From: Acidobacteriota bacterium
GTDB taxonomy: Bacteria; Acidobacteriota; Blastocatellia; Pyrinomonadales; Pyrinomonadaceae
NCBI GenBank assembly: GCA_046727215.1
Contig: JBKPCC010000040.1
Location: forward strand, 21,637 to 85,636
DNA: 64,000 nucleotides
Direction of reading: 5' to 3'
Of this stretch, positions 18,022 through 28,614 are shown in pieces. How positions within the stretch are numbered: position 1 is the first letter of the stretch; every line of letters starts with the position of its first letter. The notes under the pieces were generated by a model. That model had not been told where the DNA came from. It worked only from the letters and a program-made list of their open reading frames with translations, and ran no database searches. The position numbers and the translations under genes were made by a program.

Positions 18022-19149
18022 ATGTCTAAGAAAATCAAACGCCGTGATTTTATGCGCTCCAGCGCTGTTGCTGGACTCGCACTTGCCGCACCAAAAATCA
18101 AGACGCAAAAAACTCCAACGGGCCCCACAATCATCATTCAAAGCGGGATTCGACCGGTAGTCGTGTCTTCAGCCAACGGCAATCGCTTCAAGAATGGCGG
18201 CGATGTGACGTGCGTACAAAAGGCTTTCACCTTGATGACGCAAGGCTCCGACGTTCTGGACGCGCTTATAGCCGGTGTAAACATTGTCGAGCTTGATCCC
18301 CTCGACGACAGTGTGGGATACGGAGGTTTGCCCAACGCCGAAGGCATCGTGCAACTCGACTCATCATGTATGCATGGACCAAAAAAGCGGGCTGGCGCGG
18401 TGGGCGCGTTGGAGGGTGTGCGCACTCCGTCGTTAGTCGCAAAAGCAGTTATGGAAAATACAGACCACCATTTGATTGTTGGCGAAGGCGCGCAGCAGTT
18501 CGCGCGTAGCATGGGTTTCAAGATTGAAGACGACTTAAATACTCCACATAGCAGAGAGATCTGGCTCGAGTGGAAGCGGCGCACTGATCCAGCGCACTAC
18601 TTGAATCCAAAGGAGCGTGCTCAAGTCTGGTTTCGTGAAGGTCTCAAAATGGTTGATGAGGGTCTAATCGATCGAGAACATTTTTACGGAACTATCAATT
18701 GTGATGGCGTGAATTCAAAAGGCGAGATTTGCGGAGTCACAACGACAAGTGGTTTAGCCTGGAAGATACCGGGGAGGTTGGGCGATTCACCGATTCTCGG
18801 CGCAGGCTTATACGTTGACGGCAACGTCGGCGCCGCCGGATCAACTGGACGTGGCGAGGCGAACCTGTTCAATCTGTGCTCGTTCTTGATTGTGGAAGAG
18901 ATGCGACGCGGCGCACATCCGAAAGACGCCGGCATGGAAGCATTGCGGCGAATAAAAGCCAATACAGTTGAAAAGAGGCTTTTGAACAGCAAGGGCGATC
19001 CGAACTTCGGTGTCAACTTCTACATTTTAAATGCGAAGGGTGAAACAGCTGGCGTTTCGATGTACGAAGCTAGTTATGCGATGTGTGACGAAAAAGGACC
19101 ACAAACCCTGAAGACTGAGGCTCTGTTTCCGGGGAAGCCCAATGATTGA
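18022..19149 (+). CDS. Secreted Ntn-hydrolase of the asparaginase-2 family (glycosylasparaginase / isoaspartyl peptidase-like), Tat signal
   Basis: Twin-arginine signal KRRDFMRSSAVAGLALAAP. Autoprocessing-site context HFYGTINCDG and C-terminal TTTSG...PGRLGDSPILGAGLYVD are typical of the family. AAGGAG RBS at 18012-18017, upstream of the ATG at 18022. Confidence 0.8.
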   Translation: MSKKIKRRDFMRSSAVAGLALAAPKIKTQKTPTGPTIIIQSGIRPVVVSSANGNRFKNGGDVTCVQKAFTLMTQGSDVLDALIAGVNIVELDPLDDSVGYGGLPNAEGIVQLDSSCMHGPKKRAGAVGALEGVRTPSLVAKAVMENTDHHLIVGEGAQQFARSMGFKIEDDLNTPHSREIWLEWKRRTDPAHYLNPKERAQVWFREGLKMVDEGLIDREHFYGTINCDGVNSKGEICGVTTTSGLAWKIPGRLGDSPILGAGLYVDGNVGAAGSTGRGEANLFNLCSFLIVEEMRRGAHPKDAGMEALRRIKANTVEKRLLNSKGDPNFGVNFYILNAKGETAGVSMYEASYAMCDEKGPQTLKTEALFPGKPND

Positions 19150-19201
19150 GAGTTAAGATAAGAAGGACATTAACGGGTGGACGTTTGAGAGTGGAGCTGG
19201 G

Positions 19202-19413
19202 GGATTGGAGATTGGAGATTGGATTTTGACATTGGACATTTGAGATTTTTCAATTTCCATTTCTCATTTTTCATTTATGTGTCTAATTTCAGAGGTGCCA
19301 AAGAACCAATAACAGGTGTCAAACAAGTAATGAAAATGGAAAATAGAATTTGAAAAATCTCAAATGTCCAATGTCAAATATCCAATATCTCCAATCTCCA
19401 ATATCCAATCTCC
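19202..19413. repeat. Very long family-3 hairpin (arms of about 75-85 nt) between convergent genes
   Basis: The left arm is GGATTGGAGATTGGAGATTGGATTTTGACATTGGACATTTGAGATTTTTCAATTTCC.... The right arm is its imperfect reverse complement, ending ...CCAATCTCCAATATCCAATCTCC. A 29 nt core (TTTGACATTGGACATTTGAGATTTTTCAA) is exactly complementary between arms. Confidence 0.8.
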
Positions 19414-19440
19414 ACGATCCGAATGCCAATCTTTATTTAG

Positions 19441-20232
19441 TTAGATATGGATCGTCCCCTCTAAGTATTTAGCCGCTCTCCCGGAAATCAAGACGCGGTT
19501 TCCTTTGTCCTCACAAAAAAGCTCACCGCCTCGCGCTGATATCTGCCGAGCGTGAATTTTGTTTTTCTTCAAGCGGTTGGCCCAGTAGGGGGTCAATGCG
19601 CTGTGAATGGATCCGGTCACTGGATCTTCCGGAATGCCATAACTCGGTGCGAAGTAACGTGAAGCGCAATCTGAGTGATCACCCGGCGCCGTGACGATCA
19701 CACCATACGGATGAAGCTCTTCCAGTTTCGTAAAATCGGGTCGCAGTGAAAGCACCTCCGCTTCCGATTCGTAAACGCAGAAGTAATTCGTCCCCGGTGT
19801 AACGAGGAAAACCTCGCGTGGCTGAGTTCGCAGTCCGTCCAGCAAGGCATCAGGCGCACGGTCGACACTTCTCAGACTCCATGCAGGAAAGTCCATCGTC
19901 AACATCTCGCCGTTTCGCCTAACGAACAACGGACCACTGCGGGATGAGAATTCCACCGATTCTCGTTCACGTTGTAACTCAGAAAAAATGACGTATGCAG
20001 ATGCCAATGTTGCGTGCCCACATAAATCGACTTCCAATCGCGGGGTAAACCAGCGCAGTTCAAATCCGCTGCTCGCAGGAACGAAGAAAGCTGTCTCTGC
20101 AAGATTGTTTTCCTCAGCGATCGCCTGAAGTACTCGGTCTGCAAGCCAGCTATTTAAAGGACAAACAGCAGCCGGGTTGCCGCGGAACACCTCGCTCGCA
20201 AACGCATCTATCTGAAACAGACGTAGCTCCAT
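19441..20232 (-). CDS. PhzF-family isomerase/epimerase-like protein
   Basis: 263 aa. N-terminal FQIDAF....F.GNPAAV, ETAF, DLCGHATLA and C-terminal GR are typical of the PhzF family. Confidence 0.8.
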   Translation of the reverse strand: MELRLFQIDAFASEVFRGNPAAVCPLNSWLADRVLQAIAEENNLAETAFFVPASSGFELRWFTPRLEVDLCGHATLASAYVIFSELQRERESVEFSSRSGPLFVRRNGEMLTMDFPAWSLRSVDRAPDALLDGLRTQPREVFLVTPGTNYFCVYESEAEVLSLRPDFTKLEELHPYGVIVTAPGDHSDCASRYFAPSYGIPEDPVTGSIHSALTPYWANRLKKNKIHARQISARGGELFCEDKGNRVLISGRAAKYLEGTIHI

Positions 20233-20373
20233 CTCTCCTCCTTAATAATCCAATAGATCGTCCGGAAACCATTAAAATGGTTGCGGTTCAACATAAGCCC
20301 TCACTGATCCCCCAACCTAAAGAATAAAAGGTTGAGGTTTCACACACAGAATGGATAATCTACGAGCCCATTT

Positions 20374-20958
20374 ATGAATAAACAAACGAAGTCTGAATCC
20401 ATTAGGTTTCAACCCGCTACGCCGGCGCGATGGAAAGACATTGAGAGACTTTTTGGCGACAACGGAGCGTGTGGCGGGTGCTGGTGCATGTTCTGGCGGG
20501 TGCCTCGCAAACGGTATGAATCGCAAAAAGGCGCAGGGAACAAGCGTGCCTTGAAGACCATCGTCAGCGCAGGAGAAAAGCCGGGCATTATTGCCTACGT
20601 TGGGAATGAGCCCATCGGCTGGTGCGCCGTGGGTCCACGCGAAACGTATGTAGGGCTAGAAACGTCGAGGCTTCTCAAGCCGGTAGATGACCGTCCCGTT
20701 TGGTCTGTCTCGTGTTTGTTTGTTCGAAGAGACTATAGACGCAGAGGCATCTCAGCAAAGCTTATTGCTGCTGCTGTCAATTTTGCCGTTCGCCATGGTG
20801 CGACGATTGTTGAAGGGTATCCGTCTGAGCCGTCGGGCGACAAAATGGCCGACGCATTTCTTTGGCACGGTATACCGTCGGCTTTTAAAGCAGCAGGTTT
20901 CCGAGAGGTGACACGACGATCGCCTACGCGGCCGATCATGAGATTCGAAGTTGAGTAA
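20374..20958 (+). CDS. GNAT-family N-acetyltransferase
   Basis: Acetyl-CoA-binding motif context VRRDYRRRGISAKLIAAAVNFA. Size is typical for a GNAT. Confidence 0.7.
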   Translation: MNKQTKSESIRFQPATPARWKDIERLFGDNGACGGCWCMFWRVPRKRYESQKGAGNKRALKTIVSAGEKPGIIAYVGNEPIGWCAVGPRETYVGLETSRLLKPVDDRPVWSVSCLFVRRDYRRRGISAKLIAAAVNFAVRHGATIVEGYPSEPSGDKMADAFLWHGIPSAFKAAGFREVTRRSPTRPIMRFEVE

Positions 20959-20977
20959 TTTGCACTGTAGAAGAGAA

Positions 20978-21167
20978 CGATTTGACATTGGACATTTGAG
21001 ATTTGTCATTTGCCATTTGCAATTCTAATCGATCGGGTTTTTTCGTGTGTGTTTGACTGGTGATTTCGTGGATGGGTTATCGGCGCATTGACGATCGATC
21101 CACTAAGCCACACGAAGCGGCAAACAAATGGCCAAATGACAAATGTCAAACATCCAATCTCAAATCG
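20978..21167. repeat. Nested inverted repeat: outer family-3 arms, inner family-2 arms
   Basis: Outer: CGATTTGACATTGGACATTTGAGATTTGTCATTTGCCATTTGC pairs with GCAAACAAATGGCCAAATGACAAATGTCAAACATCCAATCTCAAATCG. Inner: ...GTGATTTCGTGGATGG pairs with GATCCACTAAGCCACACGAAGCGG. The 24 nt at 20981-21004 is identical to 19225-19248. Confidence 0.8.
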
Positions 21168-21189
21168 TTGTTTTCTAGTGGGATGCCAC

Positions 21190-22908
21190 TCAAGCCACGG
21201 TAACTGGCTTGGTGTCAGCCTGGCGCTTCACAATTACCAGCGTAATGTCATCAGCTGCGCGCGTTCCCTGAGCGAATTTCGTTAGCGCGGACTCGATTCG
21301 ATCACGGATACCAGCTGCCGAAGCATCCACGTTACGCGACACGACTTCGTAGAGCCGGGTTGGACCAAACTCCTCGCCGGTTGGACTAAGAGCTTCCGTT
21401 ACCCCGTCGGAATAGATCACAAGTACGTCGCCGTTTTGTAGTTGTGTTCTTCCCTCTCGGTAATCCGCATCTGGCTTGATGCCCAACGGTAATCCACCTG
21501 ACGCCAGTTGCTCTACGGTTCCCGCAGCATGAACAATCAACGGCGGATTGTGACCTGCATTCAAAAACGAGAGTGCACCAGATTGGGGCTCCAGCTCCGC
21601 ATAAAAGAGAGTAACGAAACGATTCGGCGGAATATTTTCGGCTAGATACCGGTTGACCGCTGAAATAGTTGCGACAAGCGAATCATGTGAACCCGACTGC
21701 GCATGGATCGCGGCATGTAAAGACGACATTAACAGTGCGGCGGCAGTTCCCTTACCCGAAACGTCACCGAGAGCAATCACCAGCCGGCCGTCATCGCGTT
21801 TTATGAAATCGTAGTAGTCGCCGCCGATTTCGTAGCAGGGAAAACTAATACCTTGCAACTCATAACCTGGTAGTTGAGGTGGCGCCGTCGGCTGAAATCG
21901 CTGCTGAATCTCACTTGCCAGCGCGAGTTCGCGTTCCAATCTCTCTTGTTCGAGCCGCGATTCGACGAGCCTCGCATTCTCGACGCGAATCGCTGCCACC
22001 GACGCCAACGTTGTAAGTACTTTCAAATGGTCTTCAGTAAATCGGCCTTCCGCAATCGGCGAGTCAGCATAGATGATGCCGAACACGTTATCGGCAACAC
22101 CGAGTGGCACAGCCAGAACTGAACGAACGCCTTGCAACACAACGGTACCACTCGCAAAACGAGGATCATGCTGGGCGTCCGAAGTAAGAACAGACTTTCC
22201 GCGAAACACTACTTCTTCGAGTACATTACGACTGACGCGGATCTCGCCAACCTCGCCCGCACGGTCGCGCAACCGAGCGACAGCGACGCGCAATTCTTCG
22301 CTGCCTTCAGAACGCATCATTAACAAGCAACGATCCGCCGGTACAGCTTCAAATACCAACTGCACGATTTGCTCGAGCGTTTCGTTCAAGGTGGCCGACG
22401 CCAGCAACGTAATGCCCACCTTGCTGATGAGCGCAAGTAAGTCACCCGCTTTTGCCGTTGCTGCCTTTGCCGTGACATGTTCAGGTTTCGTGCGAGCACC
22501 CTCAATTGCTTCCAGCAGCCCGGAAGTCGTTCTATCACCCGAGGCGAGAGCAATCGTCGCTTCCGGCAATGAAGTCGTATTGTCAGTAATCATCGTGGCA
22601 CCCATGCTGGAATTGTAGGTGCCGTCGTCAAAGATGATTTCAGTCTCGCCAATCTGAATACGACCTCCTGGTCCAAGCGGTATTACGCCTTCAACAGTGG
22701 AACCGTTATAGAGGGTACCGTTAGCCGATCCCAGATCCTGCAGAAAGTACTCATCGCCCTCGCGACGAACTTCAGCGTGGACTCGAGAAGCAAATGGATC
22801 AGGAATACAGAGATCGTTTCTGGCAGATCGGCCGATGGTGATGCGCAGCCGACCCAGCGGAAAATGATCGGGGGCTCTGTCGGGGTATTTGACGATTAGC
22901 TCAGACAT
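21190..22908 (-). CDS. FHA domain - GAF domain - PP2C/SpoIIE-type protein phosphatase
   Basis: N-terminal FHA (ITIGRS..NDL.I.D...SR.HAEV...GDEYFLQDLGS.NGT). Central GAF-like region. C-terminal SpoIIE motifs (GGDYYDF, ALGDVSGKG..AAL.M, YSDGV.E). Confidence 0.85.
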   Translation of the reverse strand: MSELIVKYPDRAPDHFPLGRLRITIGRSARNDLCIPDPFASRVHAEVRREGDEYFLQDLGSANGTLYNGSTVEGVIPLGPGGRIQIGETEIIFDDGTYNSSMGATMITDNTTSLPEATIALASGDRTTSGLLEAIEGARTKPEHVTAKAATAKAGDLLALISKVGITLLASATLNETLEQIVQLVFEAVPADRCLLMMRSEGSEELRVAVARLRDRAGEVGEIRVSRNVLEEVVFRGKSVLTSDAQHDPRFASGTVVLQGVRSVLAVPLGVADNVFGIIYADSPIAEGRFTEDHLKVLTTLASVAAIRVENARLVESRLEQERLERELALASEIQQRFQPTAPPQLPGYELQGISFPCYEIGGDYYDFIKRDDGRLVIALGDVSGKGTAAALLMSSLHAAIHAQSGSHDSLVATISAVNRYLAENIPPNRFVTLFYAELEPQSGALSFLNAGHNPPLIVHAAGTVEQLASGGLPLGIKPDADYREGRTQLQNGDVLVIYSDGVTEALSPTGEEFGPTRLYEVVSRNVDASAAGIRDRIESALTKFAQGTRAADDITLVIVKRQADTKPVTVA

Positions 22909-22926
22909 GAAGAAATCTATTGCTGA

Positions 22927-23457
22927 TTACGTATTCCGGCGCCTGGTAGTGGCATCGACAGAAACAGGGGTACCTTCACGGACAATAACTGTGCCGGCAA
23001 TCAGGTCGTGCAGGGCCCGCCCACGTGTCGTGAAAGTGGCAATTAGAAACCCAAACCCCAGGGGTAGAGATGATAACGGATAACCGACAAAGTGGCGAAG
23101 CATTGCCCGGCCGATTCCGATTTCCTCGCCTGTAACCTGTTGGATGCGAAGACCAGTCGCCCACTTCCCTACCGTGCGACCCGTAACCCCAGGAAGAACA
23201 CCAAGATCCAACACCGCCGCGAGTACAGCGATTAACAGCCCGACTGTTTCCGCCGACCCGCCTGCCATGCGCGCGCCGCCGCCCAACAACCGAGCGATGA
23301 GCGTGCTGATCGCAACTATGGAGATCAACAAAACATAGTCGATCAGCAACGCTCCGCAACGGAGCGAAAATGGTGCGTAAACGCGGCGATCCGGTTGGCC
23401 GACCGCGCGACTTTTCTCATTAGACCGCCTGGTGGCGGTACCCTCTACCGCGATCAT
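22927..23457 (-). CDS. RDD-family membrane protein
   Basis: FSLRCGALLIDYVL, multiple TM helices and a C-terminal HDLIAGT.V are typical of RDD-domain proteins. Confidence 0.7.
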   Translation of the reverse strand: MIAVEGTATRRSNEKSRAVGQPDRRVYAPFSLRCGALLIDYVLLISIVAISTLIARLLGGGARMAGGSAETVGLLIAVLAAVLDLGVLPGVTGRTVGKWATGLRIQQVTGEEIGIGRAMLRHFVGYPLSSLPLGFGFLIATFTTRGRALHDLIAGTVIVREGTPVSVDATTRRRNT

Positions 23458-23564
23458 TATTGCTGATGGTCAATTATCAGTAGTGATTTGTCCGTCGTGA
23501 ATATGGGCGCCCTCACGCTTGATCTGAAGATGAACTGCGGGATGACATTATCGACGAGCAATAA

Positions 23565-25268
23565 CTAACCTACAAGAAAGTGAAGAGTTGTTTCACCGAG
23601 GCGCAGCTTGTCACCGCTATCGAGAACACGCGGTTGACGCGGCGCGAGGCGCACGGAATCATTAATCACAGTGCCGTTCACCGATCCTAGATCCTCAACA
23701 AGGAAGGTGTCGCCCTCACGCCAGATTCTTGCGTGTCGGCGCGAAACCTTGGTCTCAGAATCAAAGCGGGACAGATCGATTTCCGGAAAAATATTCGAAT
23801 GCGGATCGGTTCGCCCCACCAGATTGCTGTCCTTCTGCAGAATGAAAGACGCATCCAGCTCTGTGGTGCCCGCTACGACTAGCTTGGCTGTCGGGTGAGA
23901 TGTCCGCAACGTCGCGCTCGCGGCAACTCCTGAGAGTGGTTGGCGCGCACCACAATGAGCGCAGAAGATGTCATCTGCTGCAATCCGACCACCGCAGAAA
24001 CCACAATAGACCGTCTGCACTTGGACGGTCTCGCTGCCGAGCTGCGGCGCTGGTATGCCGTAGCTGACGCGGCCAGCCATTAAGTTTCCAAGATGAGTCG
24101 ACAGTGCCTCGCGCATCTCTTCGGCTGATCGAAAACGATCTTCCGGTTTGTATTCGACCGCACGCATCAGAATCATTTCCATCTCTGTCGAGATAGATGG
24201 AGTGATCTGTCGTGGCCGCGGGTTCTTCGTGAAATCAAAAATCAACAGCGGGTTGTCTTGCGGATCGGCTCCGGTCAGCAGGTGAAACATGGTTGCGCCA
24301 AGACTATAAATATCGGAGCGCGGCTCAACGCGACCACCAAACAGTTCGGGCGGCGCGTACCCCATGGTTCCTACAGCTGTAACTCCCTTTTCTTCCTGCT
24401 TCACCCAGCGCGCAATTCCAAAATCAATAAGCATTACTTTCCCCGAGTTCCCGTCGATCATCAGGTTTGCGGGTTTCAAATCGCGGTAGATGATCGACTT
24501 CGGGCGCGTATGGAGATACTCGAGAACATCGGCTATTTGCGCCCCCCAATCGGTCACGGTTCGTTCGTCCAGCCGGCCGGTTGCCGCAGTCCTGAGGCGC
24601 GAAGCCAGATCGCCGCCCGAGATATATTTCATGACCAGATAAAAGCGACCGGCTGGTTCATCGTAAAAGTAATCGTAGATAGTCGGTATTGAGGGATGTT
24701 CGAGCGACGTTAAAAGTAACGACTCGCGCTTGAAATCGCCGATCGCTTTTTCATGTTGAGCAGGATCAAGATGGGCCTCGACCATCTCTTTGACAGCACG
24801 AGGTGCATCGCCGAGATTGCGGTCCTTGGCGAGATAGACTGCTCCCATACCCCCGCCACCAATCCGCCTGACGATCTCGTAACGACCGTTCAAAAGGATA
24901 CCGGACTCAAGCTGTTTGATGGTTGGCTGGCGACCGCCGGTCGTGCCCGTATGTCTTGCAGGGCTCGTGTGTGGAACGCTGATTCCGCCTGTTGCGGACC
25001 CTCCGAGGGAAGACGAGGATACTCTTTTCGCTGATTCCAGGTCCGCGGAATCAGCTGCGGAGGAACCCTTTTCTGCAGCCGGTCGATCGCTGACATCCTC
25101 GGGTGTCTCTGTGTCAGCGAGTTCCGCAGCAGTGGGCAATGACACTTCACCCGCAGCGCTGGCTACCGTTTTTAATTCAGCGTCTGCCGGGTTTTGTTGG
25201 GCTCCGCAATTGCCACAGAAACTTTCCGCGTGCTCAAGGGCGGCGCCGCATTCAGTACAATCAGCCAT
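23565..25268 (-). CDS. Ser/Thr protein kinase with N-terminal zinc-ribbon, second internal zinc-ribbon and C-terminal FHA domain
   Basis: CTECG...CGNCG ribbon. Hanks kinase motifs GGGGMGAVY, AVKE, YRDLKPAN, DFGIAR, GTMGYAPPE. Second ribbon CGFCG...CAHCG. FHA LVGR......VSRRHARIWREGDTFLVEDLGS.NGT. Confidence 0.9.
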   Translation of the reverse strand: MADCTECGAALEHAESFCGNCGAQQNPADAELKTVASAAGEVSLPTAAELADTETPEDVSDRPAAEKGSSAADSADLESAKRVSSSSLGGSATGGISVPHTSPARHTGTTGGRQPTIKQLESGILLNGRYEIVRRIGGGGMGAVYLAKDRNLGDAPRAVKEMVEAHLDPAQHEKAIGDFKRESLLLTSLEHPSIPTIYDYFYDEPAGRFYLVMKYISGGDLASRLRTAATGRLDERTVTDWGAQIADVLEYLHTRPKSIIYRDLKPANLMIDGNSGKVMLIDFGIARWVKQEEKGVTAVGTMGYAPPELFGGRVEPRSDIYSLGATMFHLLTGADPQDNPLLIFDFTKNPRPRQITPSISTEMEMILMRAVEYKPEDRFRSAEEMREALSTHLGNLMAGRVSYGIPAPQLGSETVQVQTVYCGFCGGRIAADDIFCAHCGARQPLSGVAASATLRTSHPTAKLVVAGTTELDASFILQKDSNLVGRTDPHSNIFPEIDLSRFDSETKVSRRHARIWREGDTFLVEDLGSVNGTVINDSVRLAPRQPRVLDSGDKLRLGETTLHFLVG

Positions 25269-25349
25269 TATGCGAATCGACCTTTGAGGCTGTCGAGAGT
25301 CGACACCGTCAACGTTTTCAAACTAAATGGAAAACGGTCACGATGCTAA

Positions 25350-25922
25350 TCATTTAACTACAAAAAACCGCAGGAACGTTTTACCTACGATGATTTCGTC
25401 ACCGTCGCGCAACGGCTGGCGGTATCCGGGTGGCAACCTTTTTCCACGATTAACGAAGGTGCCATTTGTTGATCCCAGATCCTCAAGAAAATACTGACCG
25501 TCACGTAGCGTAATACGCGCGTGCCGTCTGGAAACCTTTGCTTCGGGATCGTCAGAATCCAGATCAACATCAGGAAAGATTCCCCCGTCCGCATCCCAGC
25601 GTCCAATTTGCGAATCGCTCTCGCTGAGCAGGAACTGCTTGCCTACCGATCGGCCACGTTCAATGACCAATCGCGCATGGGCCTTGGCCGAAGGATTCAG
25701 AGACGAAGAGAAACTAATTGCCGCGGCCGCCTGGCCGGGAGCAAACTCGGGCTTTTTGCTCTGGACCGGAGCGCGAGAACCATTCTGGCCCTCAGAGCCT
25801 TTTGAGATTCCAGACCCGTCGGAGATGCCCGAATGGATGTTCGGCCTCAAAGGCGCTCCACATTCATCGCAATATTGCGATCCCTCGAGGTTCTCGGTTT
25901 TACAGCGGTCACAAGTAATCAT
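25350..25922 (-). CDS. Zinc-ribbon plus FHA-domain protein
   Basis: The start was placed at MITCDRCKTEN...CDECG (zinc ribbon). C-terminal FHA (IGRWD....VSRRHARITLRDGQYFLEDLGSTNGTF). The ORF-track start at 26000 adds 26 unconserved residues. Confidence 0.8.
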   Translation of the reverse strand: MITCDRCKTENLEGSQYCDECGAPLRPNIHSGISDGSGISKGSEGQNGSRAPVQSKKPEFAPGQAAAAISFSSSLNPSAKAHARLVIERGRSVGKQFLLSESDSQIGRWDADGGIFPDVDLDSDDPEAKVSRRHARITLRDGQYFLEDLGSTNGTFVNRGKRLPPGYRQPLRDGDEIIVGKTFLRFFVVK

Positions 25923-26315
25923 CTGGGTCTTTAGGTTTCTCGGCAGCTCACGAGCAACTAGGACATCGGCTGGTCTCTGAAGAAACGAGAGACTAATCAT
26001 TCTAACGCGAAATAATCGGCTGCGCCAACGGGCAATTCTGGCGAGTAGTGACGCAAATTCTGTGTGGGCATCCTCGGCGGGTGCTCTTTTTTATTTGGAA
26101 GGAGGGCTCGGTAAATTGGGCGCCCACGGAGGGACGCGCCGACAATCACCTCTTTTTGACGCCACTAGCGGTTGCTCTTAGTTGAAACTGTTTGCTAAGT
26201 TTACACGTAAGAGCTAACCGAGCAGACGGGTTCTGGGCACGGACTTCCTGTGCAAACTTACAGCTCGTCTCCCAATTAATAAAATAAGTATTAGATTACT
26301 TGTAAGGAACGAAAA

Positions 26316-27836
26316 ATGGCGTTGAGTCGGAAGAAGAAGATTGTTATCGCGGGTGCGGCCGTTGTGGTTTTGGCACTCGTGATTATTATCAGCGTATTTG
26401 CTACGCGTAAAGATGAACCCGAAGTAACTACTATTAAAGTTGAGATGAGACCGGAGCTTAGACAAACTGTCACAGCGTCAGGCGAAGTGCGGCCGGTCCG
26501 CTACATTAAGCTCACTAGTGAGGTTCCCGGACGTATCGAAGAAATCTATGTAAACCCCGGCGATCAAGTCACCAAAGGTAAACCCTTGGTGCGCATTGAT
26601 CCCACACAATTGCAGTCAAACCAGGAAGCTCAATGGGCGGCAACCCAGGCATCAATTAATGATGTTCAAAATGCACGCAATGCAGTTGCTTCATCGCAGC
26701 AGGCACTGGTTGTCGCGGAAGCCTCAGTAGCTGCCGCTCGCCAGCAACTAGTTGCCTCGCAAACCAACGTCGATCGGGCGCAAGTAGATGTCAACACCGC
26801 GCAACGTGAACTGAAGCGCAGTACTGAGTTGATTGAATCAGGCGTTGCTTCGCGCGCGGAGTACGACGCCGCACGGGACCATTACGATCAGGCAAAGATT
26901 GCGCTGGACACCGCTAAGGCCAATCTCGAGGCACAGAAGATCGCAGTAAAAGAGGCTCAGGAACGCGCCAACCAACAGCGGCTCGCAGTGCAGGAAGCCA
27001 AAACAAGCATCACGTCGTCTGAAATGCGAGCCAATCAACAACAGGCGCTTCTGCGTGGCCAATCCAGTCAGCGATCTAAAGCAACACAGTTGTCACCACT
27101 CACCGGCGTAGTGGCGGATATTCCGACTCGCGTGGGTGAATTCGCGGTCGCCGGCTTATCCACCACACCATTAATGACAATTGCGGATATGTCGACAATC
27201 AACGTCGAGGTGAACGTTGATGAGACTGAAATTTCCAACGTTGAGGTAGGCCAGCAGGCAAAAGTAAAAGTCGACGCGCTGGGTGAGAAAGAGATCAAAG
27301 CGGTCGTGGTACAAAAAAACCCGTTGGCGATTGCCAAATCAGACACGCAGGGCGGCCTTTCCAACCGCGTAAATGTACAGGAAGCGAAAGAGTTTAAGGT
27401 CACGGTTGAGCTGATTGACAAAGAGATGACCGACGACGTTCGCAACGCACTCCGGCCGGGCATGAGCGCAACTGCAACCATCACGACCAAAGTCAAAAAC
27501 AACGTGCTGGCAGCACCGCTGGAGGCAATTGTAGAGAAGTCACCCTCACCGTCGCCGACAGGTTCGGTCGCGGGCAATGCTCCAACGCCTCCGCCGGCAG
27601 TAGACAAGGCAAAGACTCTCAAAGGCGTGTACATTATCGAAGGAAACAAGGTACGCTTCATAGAAGTAACAACCGGCATTACTGGCGAAGCTGATATCGA
27701 GATCACAAGCGGCGTGAAGCCGGGTATGGAGATTGTGCGAGGACCAAGCCGAGTATTGAAGACCCTTAAGGACGGAATGACTGTGAAGCGCCAGCAGCGA
27801 CCGTCCGGAGCAAACGCTAACACAAACGGGGCCTAG
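26316..27836 (+). CDS. macA: Periplasmic adaptor (HlyD/MacA-type membrane fusion protein)
   Basis: N-terminal TM anchor, barrel-sandwich motif (G.V.P......L.S.V.G.I.EI.V..GD.V.KG..L..ID), a long alanine/glutamine-rich coiled-coil hairpin and C-terminal beta-barrel domains. Directly upstream of a MacB-type ATPase. Confidence 0.85.
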   Translation: MALSRKKKIVIAGAAVVVLALVIIISVFATRKDEPEVTTIKVEMRPELRQTVTASGEVRPVRYIKLTSEVPGRIEEIYVNPGDQVTKGKPLVRIDPTQLQSNQEAQWAATQASINDVQNARNAVASSQQALVVAEASVAAARQQLVASQTNVDRAQVDVNTAQRELKRSTELIESGVASRAEYDAARDHYDQAKIALDTAKANLEAQKIAVKEAQERANQQRLAVQEAKTSITSSEMRANQQQALLRGQSSQRSKATQLSPLTGVVADIPTRVGEFAVAGLSTTPLMTIADMSTINVEVNVDETEISNVEVGQQAKVKVDALGEKEIKAVVVQKNPLAIAKSDTQGGLSNRVNVQEAKEFKVTVELIDKEMTDDVRNALRPGMSATATITTKVKNNVLAAPLEAIVEKSPSPSPTGSVAGNAPTPPPAVDKAKTLKGVYIIEGNKVRFIEVTTGITGEADIEITSGVKPGMEIVRGPSRVLKTLKDGMTVKRQQRPSGANANTNGA

Positions 27837-27840
27837 CTTA

Positions 27841-28605
27841 ATGAGTGACATTACATTCGCTCCCTCGGTAACGGAGAAGATCTTCGCGCAGGAAGATACC
27901 AACAGCCGGCGGCATGATTCACTGGCATTGATATCAATGCGCAACATTTGGAAGACCTACCAAATGGGCGCTGAAGAGGTGCATGCGCTGCATGGCGTGT
28001 CTTTCGATGTTCACAAGGGCGAGTACATCGCAATCATTGGTCCTTCTGGATCCGGTAAGTCGACGTTGATGAACCTGATTGGTTGTCTCGACACACCTTC
28101 GCAGGGCGAATACTGGCTCAATGGCAAGAACGTATCCGAGATGGACGACGACGAGCTGGCACGCATTCGCAATCAAGAGGTGGGGTTTGTATTCCAAACT
28201 TTTAACCTGCTCGCGCGCGCAACAGCTCTTCACAACGTGGAATTACCACTGATCTACGGAGGCGTGGGGTCAACTCAACGCCACGAGATGGCTAAGCAAG
28301 CATTGCGGTCAGTGGATCTTGAAGATCGAGTGACGCATCGCCCCAACGAGCTTTCCGGTGGCCAACGTCAGCGCGTTGCTATTGCGCGTGCTCTTGTGAA
28401 TCATCCTTCCATATTGCTTGCGGACGAACCGACAGGTGCACTCGATACGCATACAAGCTGCGAGATCATGGACTTGTTCGAACGTCTGCACGCTGAAGGG
28501 AACACAATCATCGTTGTAACTCACGAGCCAGATATCGCACGGCGCGCTCACCGCATACTTTCAATTCGCGACGGACTTATCGAAAAAGACGAGAAAACCA
28601 AGTAG
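27841..28605 (+). CDS. macB: MacB/LolD-type ABC transporter ATP-binding protein (stand-alone NBD)
   Basis: Walker [11 protein letters not shown]-loop FVFQ.FNLL, signature [15 protein letters not shown], Walker [13 protein letters not shown]-loop VTHE. Confidence 0.9.
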   Translation: MSDITFAPSVTEKIFAQEDTNSRRHDSLALISMRNIWKTYQMGAEEVHALHGVSFDVHKGEYIAIIGPSGSGKSTLMNLIGCLDTPSQGEYWLNGKNVSEMDDDELARIRNQEVGFVFQTFNLLARATALHNVELPLIYGGVGSTQRHEMAKQALRSVDLEDRVTHRPNELSGGQRQRVAIARALVNHPSILLADEPTGALDTHTSCEIMDLFERLHAEGNTIIVVTHEPDIARRAHRILSIRDGLIEKDEKTK

Positions 28606-28614
28606 GAGGTTCAG

